Positions 27,719 through 37,257 of a DNA stretch of 64,000 nt are shown piece after piece. A program made the position numbers and the translations under genes. Each line of letters begins with the position of its first letter. Positions within the stretch are counted from its first letter, which is position 1. Under the pieces are notes generated by a model, which made no database searches, had not been told where the DNA came from, and saw only the letters and a program-made list of their open reading frames with translations. Source of the stretch: a virus; IMG/VR virus record IMGVR_UViG_3300025012_000031, positions 64,001 through 128,000 of that record; one strand, written 5' to 3'.

Positions 27719-27899
27719 ATAAGTTATATTACTTCCAACCGTAAAGATCTTTTCCCTGGTACATCCAACGGTGTACCTTCTTTTCGTCGTGTAGTCGACG
27801 TGATCTTTCCTGTGCAGCTCCGAAGTGATGATAGAAAATTCGTTCTTCGTCAAACTCAATTATTGATATCTCCGGCATCATTCTTTCCTTTACTTAATA

Positions 27900-28044
27900 T
27901 GGTGGCCCGCGTTGGAATCGAACCAACATTCCCGGAGACAGTGTCCTCAGAGTCGCGACTAAGAGTTATGATATACCGACATACGTTTCGACATACCACA
28001 AGAAACACCATCCACATGGTCTTAACCGATTAGATGAGCAGGCC
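27900..28044 (-). ncRNA. 145-nt tRNA-like RNA with anticodon arm replaced by a long hairpin
   Basis: GGCCTGC/GCGGGCC-ACCA, D-loop AATCGGTTA, GTTGG TTCGATT CCAAC; insert GGATGGTGTT/GACACTGTCT. Confidence 0.7.
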
Positions 28045-28057
28045 GTGCTTTAATTTT

Positions 28058-28143
28058 TGGTGTACGTAACAGGAGTCGAACCTGTTCAGCATTAAGCAAC
28101 TGGGTTACAGCCAGTCCCGGCTCTCCAACTCCGGCGTACGCAC
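28058..28143 (-). tRNA. tRNA-Tyr(GTA)
   Basis: ACTGG-CT GTA AC-CCAGT; ACCA. Confidence 0.88.
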
Positions 28144-28285
28144 ATATAATTTTTATCCGTTGGTCGTTGGTCCATAACAAATCGGACAAATGACAGTCTT
28201 GTTATGATGACCGACTTTAAGCCGAAATGAACCGTGTACTTTACAAATTCGTTTGACTTCTATCTTCATTATTCATTCTCCTAAT

Positions 28286-28361
28286 TGGTCGAGTCTCGGG
28301 GTTTCGATCCCCGCTCTACTGCTTTTCAGACAGTTGCTTTCACCAGATTAGCTTAGACCCG
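28286..28361 (-). tRNA. tRNA-Phe(GAA)
   Basis: ACTGT-CT GAA AA-GCAGT; ACCA. Confidence 0.88.
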
Positions 28362-28697
28362 ATTGTGTTGTGCTTTATCCAACTATTGATTTGAATGCCC
28401 ATGCAAATGTTAAAACACCCACGAGAATAATGATAAATTGAACTGCTCTATATTGATGTTTCATTACTTCTTATCCGTTGCATCGAGTTTTCTCTTTTGA
28501 TATTTCCCGCAACATTTACATGTGCGATCCTCATATACAGATGTACGAATAATCGTTTCCCACCCAAAATGAAGTGGTACTGTTGTAGAAAACTTTGACC
28601 ACTTCTCCCAGTCATGGAAGAGGCGCCCTTCAAGACAACGGGCAAAGACTTTAAATATTCCTCTGAGTTTCATTCGTTTATTCCTTTTCTTTATGAG

Positions 28698-28770
28698 CGA
28701 GAATGACGGGATTCGAACCCGCGCTACAGGAGTGACAATCCTGCGTGCTAACCGCTAACACTACATCCCC
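28698..28770 (-). tRNA. tRNA-Asp(GTC)
   Basis: CAGGA-TT GTC AC-TCCTG; G73. Confidence 0.92.
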
Positions 28771-28942
28771 GTGTAAATTTTAATCTGCCTCTTTAAGAAA
28801 GACCACAACTATTTCTGCGGCCAATCCTGTAGCAAATGATCCCGATTCTTCATGACGAATCTCAAACGGTGATTCGCATTCGATGATCCAACCATGTCTT
28901 GCTAAAAGTTCTTCGGTCATTTGTTTACCTCATTTGAAAAAT

Positions 28943-29019
28943 TGGTCTATGTGGAGAGATTTGAACTCCCGTCCTCCTGCGTCCAAGGCAGGCCGTCTAC
29001 CAGGCTGACTTACACATAG
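28943..29019 (-). tRNA. tRNA-Pro(TGG)
   Basis: CCTGC-CT TGG AC-GCAGG; ACCA. Confidence 0.9.
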
Positions 29020-29033
29020 ATGATGAACATTAG

Positions 29034-29106
29034 CGAGCGCGACGGGATTCGAACCCGCAACAGTCTGATAGACAGTCAGACATCATTACCATTTGAAACC
29101 GTGCCC
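29034..29106 (-). tRNA. tRNA-Asp(GTC)
   Basis: TCTGA-CT GTC TA-TCAGA; G73. Confidence 0.85.
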
Positions 29107-29140
29107 GTACTTTTTTCTTCCGTTCAATCAATGGTGAAGT

Positions 29141-29169
29141 ATTATACAAAATCTTCCTCACTTTGTCAA
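29141..29169 (-). promoter_or_regulatory. sigma70 promoter inside tRNA array 2
   Basis: TTGACA-17-TATAAT. Confidence 0.85.
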
Positions 29170-29209
29170 ACAAAATCTTCACAGTACATCATTTTTATTT
29201 CAAAGAACT

Positions 29210-29284
29210 TGGTCGGGATGACAGGATTCGAACCTGCATGGCCTCCGCCCCAAACGGAGTGACTGACCGTTAGCCTACATCCCG
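29210..29284 (-). tRNA. tRNA-Pro(TGG)
   Basis: CTCCG-TT TGG GG-CGGAG; C1:G72, ACCA. Confidence 0.92.
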
Positions 29285-29297
29285 ATATTTTAAAACT

Positions 29298-29331
29298 AAA
29301 AAAGGAGCCTACCGATAAGATAGGCTCCCTT
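29298..29331 (-). terminator. Intrinsic terminator (attenuator 2)
   Basis: AAGGGAGCCTATC-TTATC-GGTAGGCTCCTTTTTT. Confidence 0.85.
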
Positions 29332-29360
29332 GAAATGGGGAAGGACTCTATACTTAAAGG

Positions 29361-29453
29361 TTAATCGGTGCTTACACCATAATCCACAGGCGACATCGGA
29401 TAATCAGAGTCGCTAAAAGCAAAATCAAAATGTGGGGATGAATGTGTAAACAT
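29361..29453 (-). CDS. Leader peptide 2 (30 aa) MFTHSSPHFDFAFSDSDYPMSPVDYGVSTD
   Basis: AGAGG RBS, downstream of TATAAATA (29488-29495) and upstream of antiterminator/terminator. Confidence 0.75.
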   Translation of the reverse strand: MFTHSSPHFDFAFSDSDYPMSPVDYGVSTD

Positions 29454-29647
29454 GATAAGACCTCTTGTAGTTTTTGTCCGTTTAAGTTATTTATAAAAGC
29501 ACTCTGGTTTTTAGCCAATTTCGTTGTAGGCAATGCCCTGTTCATCGAGGAAATCTTCGATAGCTTGCTTCTGTTCATCGTTCTCATCATCCAATTCGAT
29601 CTCGTAAATTACAATTCCCATATAGTATGTCCTCCTTTCGTTTATTT

Positions 29648-30100
29648 TTATTCCTGTAAAAGTCTGCGGTGAAGAATCTTGAATTCTTCGTCTTTGTTTA
29701 ATCCTTCGAGTGCCGCCAACACTCTTTCTTCTAAACCATAACCACTTCTTGTATAAAATATGACAGCGGCTAAGGTGTTAACTTCTTTACTATTCTTGAT
29801 GATGTTGGTGGTGATATTCTTTATCGTTTCACCACTACAACAGAAATCATCGATGATGATGTACCGCCCCCGGAGTCGACCAACATCACCCCCCGAATGA
29901 CTTGATTTTTTGTCTTCATCTTTACGAATGACATAGATGTTTTTATCCAAGAGGTGTGCCAAAACAAATCCTAATGCCATACCAGAAACACCCCGACACA
30001 CAATAGTGTCAAATTTAATTCCGCTGAGTAATTTCTCACAATCTATAATAGTCTTCTTCCGTTGACTTGGATCAATTGCCTCTTTGAAATAACTTGCCAT
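29648..30100 (-). CDS. Type I phosphoribosyltransferase
   Basis: RG.SG..LG..LA; VIRK; IIIDDFCCSGET PRPP-binding motif. Confidence 0.8.
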   Translation of the reverse strand: MASYFKEAIDPSQRKKTIIDCEKLLSGIKFDTIVCRGVSGMALGFVLAHLLDKNIYVIRKDEDKKSSHSGGDVGRLRGRYIIIDDFCCSGETIKNITTNIIKNSKEVNTLAAVIFYTRSGYGLEERVLAALEGLNKDEEFKILHRRLLQE

Positions 30101-30651
30101 GGTTTGTCTCCTCGGTGTTTTTATTCAATGAGGAGATTTTAATACAAAGCGATGATCAAGTCAATATTAAAATTCATCGCCTTACATTTTTATATTCTTC
30201 CTTTATAACGAACCTTACATCTTTTACATGTAGCCGACTGGGTTGATTCACGCCCAACATAAGCAAGTTCGCTTAACCGCCAGGACCAACGATGCCATCC
30301 GATGAAACAAAGAAATTTTCCCATTCATTCTCCTCTTGATTTCTGAAGTATTGCATATGCTTTGTTCCGAAGGTCCGCCTTAATAGCGTTGATCCTTTTT
30401 CTTTCGGCGCGTTCAGCGATAAGAATTTGCTTTTCATCACCTATCCCATCAACAATCTTTTCACAACGTAGACATATCTTAGTGGTGTAAACAAAACGAG
30501 ACTTGCCACTACCCCTACAGAGTTTCACCCAGTTTCCAGTCTCGTCATGTATGATGTCTTCCAGTATTTTAAAACCGTGTCTCTGTTTAACAACAACGTA
30601 TTTATGAATTCCGAATTTACACCAATTCATGATTATCTCCTTCAAGAAAGT

Positions 30652-31731
30652 TTATGCGTCAGAATCCTTTATCAGATAGCGATTAGATATCGCCTTGAAG
30701 CTTAATATCTTACCATAATAATTATTGAATGATTTATGAAAACCGCGGATAACGATACCCTCCCGCTCGTTTGTCGTTCCTTCATATTTCGATTCGGCCA
30801 ATTTAAGAAGGTCATCCATACTATATTCGAATGAATCACCGATTTTAAACAGCGGTACGCGCTTCAAATTGAGGGCATTACAGACAACACCCATATCGTG
30901 GTAATCGTAATACCGCTTCTGGGTTTTATCAAAGACATTGAAGACAAACATATCGATGGCTTTCAACCCAAGACGATTTTTCTGTATGCCCGGGCCGCAG
31001 ATTTCCCCCTGGATGACAAGATGACTAAATTCTTTATCTAACATGATTTCATCAAGACGATATTTTTTAGCAATATTCCAATAAACATTACCGCCTTCTT
31101 TAATCATCAAATTCCTGGAACAAGCAAAGAACCCATCTTCATCAATACCATAGGTTCCTGACGTACCATCACACTTGACGGTAATCTCATACGGCTTCCC
31201 GGTGATTCGTTCAATAAGACTTGGGTCAGATTGAACTCGTGTCTCGTCGGTCCTTGGGAGAATATGATCGGGGAATGATCCCTTGGCGTCACCGTTCTCA
31301 AATGTGATCGGTGGTTCATACTTATTTATCCCGAGAGCATCGGTGAAGTCAATTCCTTCCATGAGGTTGAGATACTCGCATGTGCCATCATTCTCGGACC
31401 TGGCCATACAGAAATGTCCGTTGTCATTCTCCATCAACCATCCATTGTCTTCAAGGATTTCTCGCACAACCGGAAATGGGATGACATAACCCTGGGAGAT
31501 CTGCCCGCGGAGTTTCATTGTGCGGATGCGACCCTTACAATTTTCAAGCTCAGGAAACCGATCAAGTGGAAGTACAGAGTCAATCTCGCAATAGATGACT
31601 AGATCACCTTCCCGATGATATCCCTTTCCAACAACACAATCCCAACCAAGAACCTTTGCAACCTCTATACGATCGGCGTTAGGAATTGGGCGTAAACTTT
31701 CAATCCTTTGAAGCGAGGCTAACTTTCTCAT
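30652..31731 (-). CDS. RNA ligase, DRB0094 (Rnl5) family
   Basis: MRKLAS..I.PIP.AD.IE, LRGQISQG, P.TDE.R.Q, KCDGTS, QGE.CGPGIQKN, EGIV.R, FKAISN.YL. Confidence 0.92.
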   Translation of the reverse strand: MRKLASLQRIESLRPIPNADRIEVAKVLGWDCVVGKGYHREGDLVIYCEIDSVLPLDRFPELENCKGRIRTMKLRGQISQGYVIPFPVVREILEDNGWLMENDNGHFCMARSENDGTCEYLNLMEGIDFTDALGINKYEPPITFENGDAKGSFPDHILPRTDETRVQSDPSLIERITGKPYEITVKCDGTSGTYGIDEDGFFACSRNLMIKEGGNVYWNIAKKYRLDEIMLDKEFSHLVIQGEICGPGIQKNRLGLKAIDMFVFNVFDKTQKRYYDYHDMGVVCNALNLKRVPLFKIGDSFEYSMDDLLKLAESKYEGTTNEREGIVIRGFHKSFNNYYGKILSFKAISNRYLIKDSDA

Positions 31732-32542
31732 TCGTTTCTCCTTTTCTGTATTCAAACAAGTCATCATGTTTGCCCTGTAATGAAAACAGCGCATCATCTC
31801 GTTGTTCTATCGTTTTATAACTTTTCCACTTTTTCCATTCACCCCATGATTTAAACACCGGGCGAGTCATCTTCCACTCGATTGTGAATGGTTTCTTTAT
31901 CTTTGCCCGACTTTTACGGTGTTTTGGAATCTCTTCATCATTCATCACGGTACCTCACTCAAACGGATATTCTTGCCCCTGACTTCCGTCAGGAAAGATT
32001 CGCCAATAACAACTTCGCCAATATGCACCATTATTCCCGCCGTTATCAACCTCGTGATTTGGACACCAAAATTGATATTCTTGGTGTTTATGTCCTCTTG
32101 GTAGACGATCGTAATAGGCACCGCACCCCCTACATCGATGTAATCTAAATTTGAAAGTCGGTATCTTAAACCAACTCTTGAGAAATCCGAACATCATTTC
32201 ACCGGCTCCTTGTTATACTTTTTAAGAAATCCGTATAGTGCACAAGCAAATCTCTCGGGGTGGATGAACCAATTAATTTTGTTGTCTATGGATGAGCAAC
32301 AATCATATAGGATTTCATATTCAAAGTCAACCCACCATTCTTGTTCCTGTGCCCACACCCAAAGTTTCCCGAAGCCGGGCCATGTATCATAATACTTTTT
32401 ATTTGCCAAACTTGGATTAACCGTGCTCGCTCCACATTTTAAACATTTCGTCGGTTCAATGAGGAGCTTATTGGGATAGTACTCGTGCCAACATTCGCCC
32501 ATCATCTCTGTTAGGAATCTGTTAATCCCGTCGAATTCCATG

Positions 32543-32941
32543 TTATACCGCCATGACATAGTAAGATACGACCGCGAGCAAGAAGTTGACAATCATATGA
32601 AGCCACTGATCAATCTTAATCTGCATCCACCACAGAGAATCCATTTCTCGATCGCCAATCATCTTGACTTTCTTCATGAGCCACTTAACAGCTTTGCGAT
32701 CATCAATCATAAAGTGAGTTCCGAACAGCGTCAACCAAATACAGAGACCCCACCACGTGCAGTAACCGAACAAGCTGATTAGAACATATGTCAGCGCCGA
32801 ATACTTGAATGCATGTCGTGCACGAATCCTCCAGTTATCAAATTTGCCTAGGCCTTCTTCAGCGGTTTGGTAAATCCAGTCAAATGCCATAGACATGTAA
32901 AGCAGGATGAATAGTGTCGTGTCAATATGAAGACTTGTCAT
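32543..32941 (-). CDS. DUF3307-like membrane protein
   Basis: D.I.Q..., H...Y, THF.ID, DQWLH. Confidence 0.7.
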   Translation of the reverse strand: MTSLHIDTTLFILLYMSMAFDWIYQTAEEGLGKFDNWRIRARHAFKYSALTYVLISLFGYCTWWGLCIWLTLFGTHFMIDDRKAVKWLMKKVKMIGDREMDSLWWMQIKIDQWLHMIVNFLLAVVSYYVMAV

Positions 32942-33060
32942 TTAACCCTTCTTTCTGAAGTTGTTGCAGTATTTCCCATACTGCTCGTAATACCAATAGC
33001 GGCCATAGCGAATGTTTGATTCTTTCAACATATGCGATTTCCACTCATGAAATGGCAACA

Positions 33061-33213
33061 TCATTGTCTCTTCCTCTTCCGCTTTCTTTCAATTGAATCT
33101 TTTGATGATATGTAGAAATCAGGAGCTTTATGTTCAACCCACTCGATGAATTTTTGAATGTCAGGGTGTTCTTTGATTCTTTCCCATGTATGATAGTAGT
33201 TATGGAGTTCTCT
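33061..33213 (-). pseudogene. 3' half of a split small HNH-like gene
   Basis: RELHNYYHTWERIKEHPDIQKFIEWVEHK...RKRKRQ*; no in-frame start. Confidence 0.7.
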
Positions 33214-34108
33214 CCCAATCTCGTTCCCAAATACTCACTACATTAAAGCCCTCCTGTTTAAAGGAGTTTTCATATTCTATTGTTTCTTTATAAAGTATCC
33301 CAGCCGTCTTACCAACACGCATATTGAGGAAGTCTGATTCATAAACTTCTGGGTTACCATGCCAATAATCACCATGAAAAAGATAAATCGTATTCGTGTT
33401 CGGATCAAAACCATCGACGATCCTAACCCTATCATTTATTGTAAATTTTACTTGTCTATGACCTTTATCAAATGGTATGCCGATCTCGGACAACCAAATA
33501 TCTTCTTTTTTCTGTTCACATATAAAACACCCAACCCGCAAATGATCCTTTGGTGTTATTTCTATTATTCCATGTTGTTCGCATATCAACTGAATCGATG
33601 TATTGCAGTCTTTATATTCAACCAACTCATATGAAAATTTAGTCAAAAATTTCTTTCTTGACGCCTTAATGAAATTAGTTAATCTAAAATTTTTATTTTC
33701 TTCAACCGAGCATTTTTTACATCCACCACTATCAAATTGAAGATGGTGTTGCGCCTTATTTAATTTAAATTTTCCATGTTTTTTACAAACTAAAATTATT
33801 GGTTTAGTGATCCCCTCGTAATTTTCTATTTGTGTATAATCAAAAGATGAAAACTTCAGTTTCCCCCTATTGATAAATTCTTGTTTATCTAAAGCGCGAT
33901 TCTTTGATTGTTTAAGTTGTCCGCAGTGCGGACAATCCCAACGTCTTTCTATATGATGTCTTGCTATCTGTTTGAAATCACCGTGTTCTTTACACCCAAT
34001 CGAAACGTGTCCACACCAACTATAATAATTATCTTTGTTATACGAATACTTGTCACCGTGAACTTCAATTGCCCGTTTTTTAAAAGTTTCAAATGTAATC
34101 TTTTCCAT
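33200..34108 (-). mobile_element. Homing-type endonuclease with DUF723-like repeats and Vsr/EDxHD-like nuclease domain
   Basis: Three F...HG.KY.Y...C..HG.F repeats; VDGF...FHGDYWHGNP...IWE.DW; TATAAATA 34137-34144. Confidence 0.8.
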
Positions 34109-34196
34109 ACATACCTCCATTTGTCATCTATAAAATTATTTATAAAATGACATACAGAAGTATGATAAATCTTATGGTATCAAGTGTTTTGGAAAT

Positions 34197-34337
34197 TTAA
34201 TTTACATGTATCTTTCGGTGACAGATCTTATGGAGGGGGCTCTTAATCTTTCCTCCAAACGTCTTCGGTAGCAGGTGATGACGGTCAATCAATCTACCAA
34301 GGGTTCGGGCGCATATAGGACATTTTTCTTCATTCAT
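34197..34337 (-). pseudogene. 5' half of a split small HNH-like gene
   Basis: MNEEKCPICARTLGRLIDRHHLLPKTFGGKIKSPLHKICHRKIH|VN*. Confidence 0.75.
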
Positions 34338-34415
34338 GATCAATAGACCTTAAAGAAAAAATCAGGGTGGCAACCTACACCACCCTGATTTTTGTTTGCG
34401 ACGTGATGTTGATTT

Positions 34416-34979
34416 TTACTTTCGGAGCTTCATACCGTTTTCAACACCGGTCTTCTGGGCTTCGACGGCCATGCCCGACTTGATGACTTTCATGTCATCC
34501 ATGTTGATCTTCGGAAAACCGAACAGACCTTTGAGGACGAAGTTGTTGGGAAACGTATCAAGCATCGTTTCGTATTGAGCTTTCATATCAAGCAACTTCT
34601 TCTGTTCGTTTTCAAAGGCATTACGGCCGGCGACGATCTCTGTTTGAATATTTGCATAGAGAGAAGAATCGAAATCGATGTTGCGTTCTTTGAGCCACAA
34701 CATTGCCTGCTCGGAACCATTCGGGCCGTACGTTCCGCTGATTGCCCCCTTCAGAACATCGCCGTAGTCAGCTTTGTACATTTCGGGAATTTGCGCCATC
34801 TCGACGATCTTGTTGCTGTACTGCGAGAGGTTGTTCAGCTTCTGTTCGTTCTGTGCAAAGAGGCGTTTCTCGGTTCCGGTGGCGGTGTTGTAGGCGCCGA
34901 TGAGTTTGCCGGCCATAAGTACGCCGACACAGGTAAGAGCTCCAACAATGCACAGGGCGATGATAGTACCTTTTTTCAT
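34416..34979 (-). CDS. LemA-like membrane-anchored protein
   Basis: N-terminal TM, GR..F...Q..L.D...Y....FP motif; paired with the next gene. Confidence 0.55.
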   Translation of the reverse strand: MKKGTIIALCIVGALTCVGVLMAGKLIGAYNTATGTEKRLFAQNEQKLNNLSQYSNKIVEMAQIPEMYKADYGDVLKGAISGTYGPNGSEQAMLWLKERNIDFDSSLYANIQTEIVAGRNAFENEQKKLLDMKAQYETMLDTFPNNFVLKGLFGFPKINMDDMKVIKSGMAVEAQKTGVENGMKLRK

Positions 34980-35013
34980 TTGTGTTCCTTTCGTTCTCTG
35001 TTTGGGGTTGATG

Positions 35014-36135
35014 TTACCAGCGACGTTTCATATCGCCAGAAGTCTTGTTCCATGTTTTTCGTTCAGTGCCGAAAACATCATTTTTGTAGAAGAAGAATGT
35101 TAATCCAATACTACCTCCGATCGAAACGATTGCTGCCAAAATAAGGACCCATGTTGGTGGTTCAATGTTATCTTTTAGATATTCATAATCCTCCATGTTC
35201 ATTTTTTTGTAGTGCTTTTCGATGTTCGCTTTCATTACGGCTGGTGCTAATTGAACGGTATCTTCATTCAGCTCTTTGAACTTTTCGAGATTGGCTCGGA
35301 GATTTGCCTTAAGATGTTCATTATCCCATGACATAATCCTAACCCAGTCGATCTTCGGATAATTTGGAACACCGAAAACAACAACCACATCATTCTTCTT
35401 GCCGCCCACCCATTCTTTTTCGAGTGCGTGGATGTACGCTGAATTGTTTGACTTGACGAAAATCGTTGACAGATTGACCTTTTTCTTCGGACCTAACTTC
35501 TTGTTGATGTCGTTGATTGCAGAGTTCCATTCTTTAAAATCTTTTAGTGGAACACCCATCGAAACAACACTGTCTTTTCGATAATAGTCATAAATTTTAT
35601 CAGGATATGGCGGGATCAGCCCAGCAAATTCTTCGGTACTAAACTCTGAATCATTAAACAGTGAACCGGATGATGCCCTGATGTAATTTGTATATGTTCG
35701 AGACGAGGAGAACGGATCACCAATCCTTGCAGCCGTCCATCGGGGTGGTTCTTTTACTCCTCTTTCATCAATTCGGTTAATCCTTACACCGATTCCGGTT
35801 GATGCGTACACATTCCAATCGAAGTCATTGTCATGATCATAACAGGTTTGGCAGGTTGTAATTGAACCGCCTTTCGAGTCGGTCGGTATCGTGACACAGT
35901 TACATTGGTATGAATGTTCACATGAAACCGTTTCTCGCGTTTTCTCGACAACCTCATCATTCCAAACTTCCGTATCAGTCATCGCCGAGGAACGACCCAT
36001 GGCAACAATGCCGACACAAACAACAGTGATGATGACGAGCTGTAGGCCGAGTTCTTTCCAACAAATCTTGTGGGGCCAAATCATTTTTGTAATCCAGGCC
36101 CAGATGATTGGAAACAAGAGGATCAGATAAATCAT
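35014..36135 (-). CDS. Membrane protein with Cys-rich periplasmic domain
   Basis: TM segments; C.HSY.CNC...C.TCY.H; W.GGKKNDVV. Confidence 0.6.
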   Translation of the reverse strand: MIYLILLFPIIWAWITKMIWPHKICWKELGLQLVIITVVCVGIVAMGRSSAMTDTEVWNDEVVEKTRETVSCEHSYQCNCVTIPTDSKGGSITTCQTCYDHDNDFDWNVYASTGIGVRINRIDERGVKEPPRWTAARIGDPFSSSRTYTNYIRASSGSLFNDSEFSTEEFAGLIPPYPDKIYDYYRKDSVVSMGVPLKDFKEWNSAINDINKKLGPKKKVNLSTIFVKSNNSAYIHALEKEWVGGKKNDVVVVFGVPNYPKIDWVRIMSWDNEHLKANLRANLEKFKELNEDTVQLAPAVMKANIEKHYKKMNMEDYEYLKDNIEPPTWVLILAAIVSIGGSIGLTFFFYKNDVFGTERKTWNKTSGDMKRRW

Positions 36136-36765
36136 TGATGTTTTCTCCTAACTTGATTTATGTTCCGTTAATTGTCAGAGTAAAATATCAAAGAATGCGG
36201 TGAATGTAAATAGAAAAATGCACCATGATGTAATTTATGTTATCGAAGATAAATGGAGCTATCATCTTGATATCCGCACGTCGGACACGCCATGATACAC
36301 ACCCTCCCAATATAAATTTCGGTGTCACCGTTTGAACAATAAGGGTCTTTGCATGTAGAGAATTCTTCAAGTTCAATGTTGCAGTTTGGGCACGTCATTT
36401 CTTTTCCTTTATAATGTTGGGCTTGCTCGGAAATGTTGTCTTAATTGACCTTTAATTGGGGGATGGCATCCCCCAATTGTTTGCGGGCCGCATTTACAAA
36501 ATCGTAGCTGGCACCCTTGCCCGCTAGAACGGCTTTACACAATGTATTGATGTTATTACGAATCATATCTTGTGTAGCAATAACAAGATACTGTTTGTGG
36601 TCTTCTTTCTCCTGGAGAGCTCTGTTATACTCAATCTCGTTCATTCGCTTTTGGTGCTGAAGTTGTTCTTCACGTTCAGCAATCTCAAGACGGCGACACT
36701 CTTTTTCATAATTTTCTACTTCCATCATTATAACCTTTCGTTTGAGCGAGCAAGCCCATTACATC

Positions 36766-37257
36766 TTACAGTTGACCGAAGGCAGCAGCAATTGCCCAAC
36801 AATCATTTTCTTTATCAAGCAGGTCCCTGAGTTTATGTAGGCGACCACAAAATTCTGAAGTCGTGAGAACTGTTTCGTTCGTCTTCCTCTTCCCCATTGA
36901 GTGACAAAAGACGGCGTTCCCTGAAGCGCGTAGTGCATTACGGAATCCTTCGTTCTGAAGAAACATGGAAAGATATGCGCTGTCGAGGAGACGTTGATAC
37001 CCATCGCTATCACGGTGATATTTGACACCGTCCCAATAGAGAGTTTGTGTTCTGTACCAATTCTTTTTCTTCCCACGAAACTTCGCAGCCTTTCCGACGA
37101 GCTTACAGACTTCCTTTTGGATTTCCGGATTCTCAAACTTAAAACTTTGTAACAGCCCCTCCATCCCCGCGCATTCAACGCCACGAAAGACAAACGGATG
37201 AACCGCGAAGTTACTCAACTTATTTGATGGGAACGAACCACCCGATGATATGTCCAT
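36766..37257 (-). CDS. NADAR family protein (T4 gp30.3-like)
   Basis: LSNF..HPF...G....EG.LQS.K...LYW.G...R.S..YQ...TVLT..EF. Confidence 0.85.
   Translation of the reverse strand: MDISSGGSFPSNKLSNFAVHPFVFRGVECAGMEGLLQSFKFENPEIQKEVCKLVGKAAKFRGKKKNWYRTQTLYWDGVKYHRDSDGYQRLLDSAYLSMFLQNEGFRNALRASGNAVFCHSMGKRKTNETVLTTSEFCGRLHKLRDLLDKENDCWAIAAAFGQL

Noticed and set aside
29372-29590. 72-aa ORF spanning leader 2
   Set aside because: It crosses the late promoter in a different frame; the 30-codon ORF has the RBS and the attenuator spacing.
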